Source: Macrostomum lignano
Lineage: Eukaryota
Direction: 5' to 3'
NCBI GenBank assembly: GCA_002269645.1
Contig: NIVC01002654.1
Coordinates: forward strand, 1 to 64,000
Length of the DNA: 64,000 bases
The notes beneath the pieces were generated by a model. That model ran no database searches, was not told where the DNA came from, and saw only the letters and a list, made by a program, of their open reading frames with translations. Made by a program: the position numbers and the translations under genes. Positions 61,230 through 64,000 of the stretch are shown here, in pieces (the stretch's first letter is position 1; each line of letters opens with the position of its first letter).

Positions 61230-63950
61230 CAGGTACTCAGCAATCTTCAATCGCAGCAGCTCTCTAGCCTGGCTGATTGCAAATTTGTTTAGCTCCAGTT
61301 CGCCTTGCGACCCGCCGTCCTTGGCAACTGCCAGGTCGAGGCGCGCATCCGCCTGCGCCAGATCGCTGGCAGCTGCGCGCATCGCTTCAACTGCAGCTCG
61401 GCGAGTTGCATAACTTAAAAATGCCTCACCGATCGGAAGTTTCGACGGCAGTTGCGGCGCTTTCAGGCGTTCAATACGGCGAGTAAGTAGATCAGCGCAC
61501 AGAATCTGGACAGTTTTCTTCAACAGTAGAAACATTTGACCTTTGTCGCTGGATAGAACTCCGAAATAGTCGGAAGCTTCATCAAACATAGGCGGTCTGT
61601 GCTCATCTTTGGCCAACAGGTACCCCACTGGTAGCGAAGTGAACTGGGGGTGATTTGTGATTATTACCGTCAACTCTGTGCGGCTTGGATCGATCGAGTT
61701 TGAGTCAACATCAAACAGAGTTCCATTGGTCAGTGTCGTGGACTCCGAGTCTACCAGACGCATGCCCAGATACCTTGGATCGTGCACTAAAACCAGATTA
61801 ACGCATTTCAATTCGTCCCAATTCTCATTGTAGTCCTTGAGAAAGGGATCTAGATGCTTAACGAAATCATCTGCGGTGTTATCTTCGGGTTTGGATTCTT
61901 CAGCTTTCTCAGAACCTTTTAGGTAATTATCTTCGTCCTCCTCCGCGAAGACTCCCATAGCATCAGAAGCGTTGCTGCTGTCTTTGCCTCTGATATCGAT
62001 TACAATGCGACTCCTTCCAGTTCCAAAGTCTACTTCCACCGCTTGTCCTTGATTGACTTGCTGGTCGTAGAATGATGAAATCATTTTACCAGATTGACCA
62101 GGGCGATATGCAAATAGACCCTGTTTTATCATTTTAGTGCTGATCTTCGCCTTATCAAAGTCGCCTATGGAGGCCTGCAGAGCGGACAGTTTCAGTATCT
62201 TCAGGTGCACCCACGAGTCATTGGTAACTGATTCATCCGGGAGCAAGTTGATCGCCAAGAAGTCTGTGCCGCTAGGCTGGCCCAGGCTGTAGAATTCGGA
62301 ATTTCCAGTTAAAGTGCGCAGAAAACTGCCATCTCTGGCGGACCATAGGTTTAACATGCAGCCAGATCTGCCTTTTGAGAGCAACAAGTCACCATTAGAA
62401 CTGATGAATAGAGAGTCCATCAGAGGCGCTATTTCCTTACTGTCGTCCTGGTCTAAATTGTGCGTCTCCTCTAGCACTGAATGGTAGGACAGCTGTGCGG
62501 ATGAACCGTCGCAGAGGTTGCAGACAAAGCCCATACCGCTCTGCACCGGTGAGCGAAACATCAGAGCAGCTGTTCCACCATCTGCGGACAGTACTATGCT
62601 AAACTCGTGGTTTGCATCGGTCGCTGGACGGATTAACTTCCAGAAAGCACTTTTGTGTACTTCTTTACTATTGATGGTGAAGCAGTGCACACTAAATGCT
62701 ACGCTGTGTGAAGCATTCTCTGGCCCCTCTGTGCGTGTGATGATGAGAAGCTTTCCGTGCAAGACGAACGGGCAAAACGACTGGAACTGTGAATTCAGAG
62801 CTCGTTCTGTCAGCTCAGGACAGCCCAGCTCGACTTCAGTACAGTACTTATCAAGAATAAGAAGACGTGGAACGTGGGCTGGAGGTCCAGTGGCATCATG
62901 ATCTGAAAACAACTCGGAATGTCCTACAAAGAACAAGAACTGATCGCCGTTCAATATCGGGCCCTCCCAGCGCGATTCGCTAGCCAGTAACCGAACCAAA
63001 TGTAGCGGTTCAGGTCGCAACAAATAGAAAGGTGTTCTCGAAGCTGACTCTGACGTTTTCTTTCTAAGAACGAGGTGTTTGTCTGATGCAGCGTAAACTA
63101 GGTTGTCACCAGACTCGGCTGCCGCCAGAGCAATCTCACCGGGCAAAGAGTCCATGACGACTCGCCAAGCTCCAGTGTGCAAATTCGTTTTGAATATTTT
63201 GTAAGTTTTGTTGTCGTTGGGATCCTCTTTAGCAATGGAAAGATAGCAGCCACTCGGCTGGAGAGTCCGCATATGACGCAGATGAATATGCAAAAGCACT
63301 GGACTTTGGCATTCAATTTTCTTCAGTTCGTTGCCCTCATGATCGAACCACCAAACAGTTCCGTCTAAACGGTCGTCGAGTGACACGGCGTATATTTGGC
63401 CTGACTCGCAGAGCATACCGAGGGCCAGCTGCACCTGCACAGTGCACTGGGTGAAGCTGCTGCCGCTATCGAAGCAGCTGTTCAGCGGTAGGATTCGAGC
63501 TGTACTGGCGTTGTCGTCCCGACAGCCGTTCAGAAGGCGCTGAATATTGCGCGACTCTTCCGCAAAGTGACGCAGGCGGCCGCACAAGTCGACAGCGAGG
63601 GCCAGGGAGCTGTGGCCAAGGCTGAGAGACGCCACGCGGATTGCGTTGAACACTCGTTCCGCGTCAACTGCTGCATTCCAGTCACCTTTTTCGGACTCGT
63701 TGAGGTCTAGAAACAAGCGCAAGTCCCTCATCAGCTGGTAGCGAGACGAACTGGTCAGCCTAGCCTCCAGGTGAACCACATTGAAGGTCACTTCGCGATG
63801 GAATTCTTCAATACGACCGCTGCGTACCAGATGATAGGGCAGTTCGCTCAGCTTCCTCAGGTTTAGCCGTCTGCTTCCATCGGCCTGCATCTGCAGAGTG
63901 TGTGGCTGCGCTGCCACTTGTCTGTCCGCTTCAGTCGGTGGCGCAATGCC
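61230..63950 (-). CDS. NWD1/NWD2-like (NACHT and WD-repeat type) protein, 2721-nt exon: post-NACHT helical region and divergent beta-propeller
   Basis: DRQVAAQP...NLRKLSELPYHL...LAVDLCGRL...ILPLNSCF is typical of the NWD post-NACHT region; WD-like LNLWSARDGSFLRTLTG; TTTTCAG acceptor and GTGAGT donor, phase 0/0. The NACHT itself is not in the window. Confidence 0.8.
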
Positions 63951-64000
63951 CTGAAAATTTCAGCAATTTTTTTGGCTTAAAGTGCTTTCTACGACTAAAG

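Overview
This is eukaryotic animal DNA, most likely a free-living flatworm of the Macrostomum type (inference from GC-rich exons in AT-rich DNA, abundant minisatellites and the lectin types). Genes were reconstructed by hand from splice sites and phase. In order: 5' exon of an axonemal dynein heavy chain (DNAH2-like, frameshifted); a laminin-EGF single-pass membrane protein; CRELD1-like; an SLC16 monocarboxylate transporter (one frameshift); a secreted PAN plus F-type-lectin gene; a POU class VI gene; SAYSD1; a disrupted C-type-lectin/PAN gene; and the 3' part of an NWD-like (NACHT-WD type) gene. Mobile DNA comprises a mariner with a nested long-TIR element, a hAT MITE, a Penelope-like element, fragments of a LINE and two tRNA-derived SINE families. 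About 20 unrelated minisatellites fill introns and flanks. Best leads: (1) a SINE and a LINE share a 3' tail with a covarying GNRA stem-loop, suggesting a partner pair; (2) the NWD-like protein ends in a spliced Dpy-30/DYDC-type docking motif; (3) the Penelope-like ORF has an in-frame, diverged 41-aa duplication in its GIY-YIG region and a hammerhead-like motif at its 3' end. No database searches were run, so novelty is unverified.
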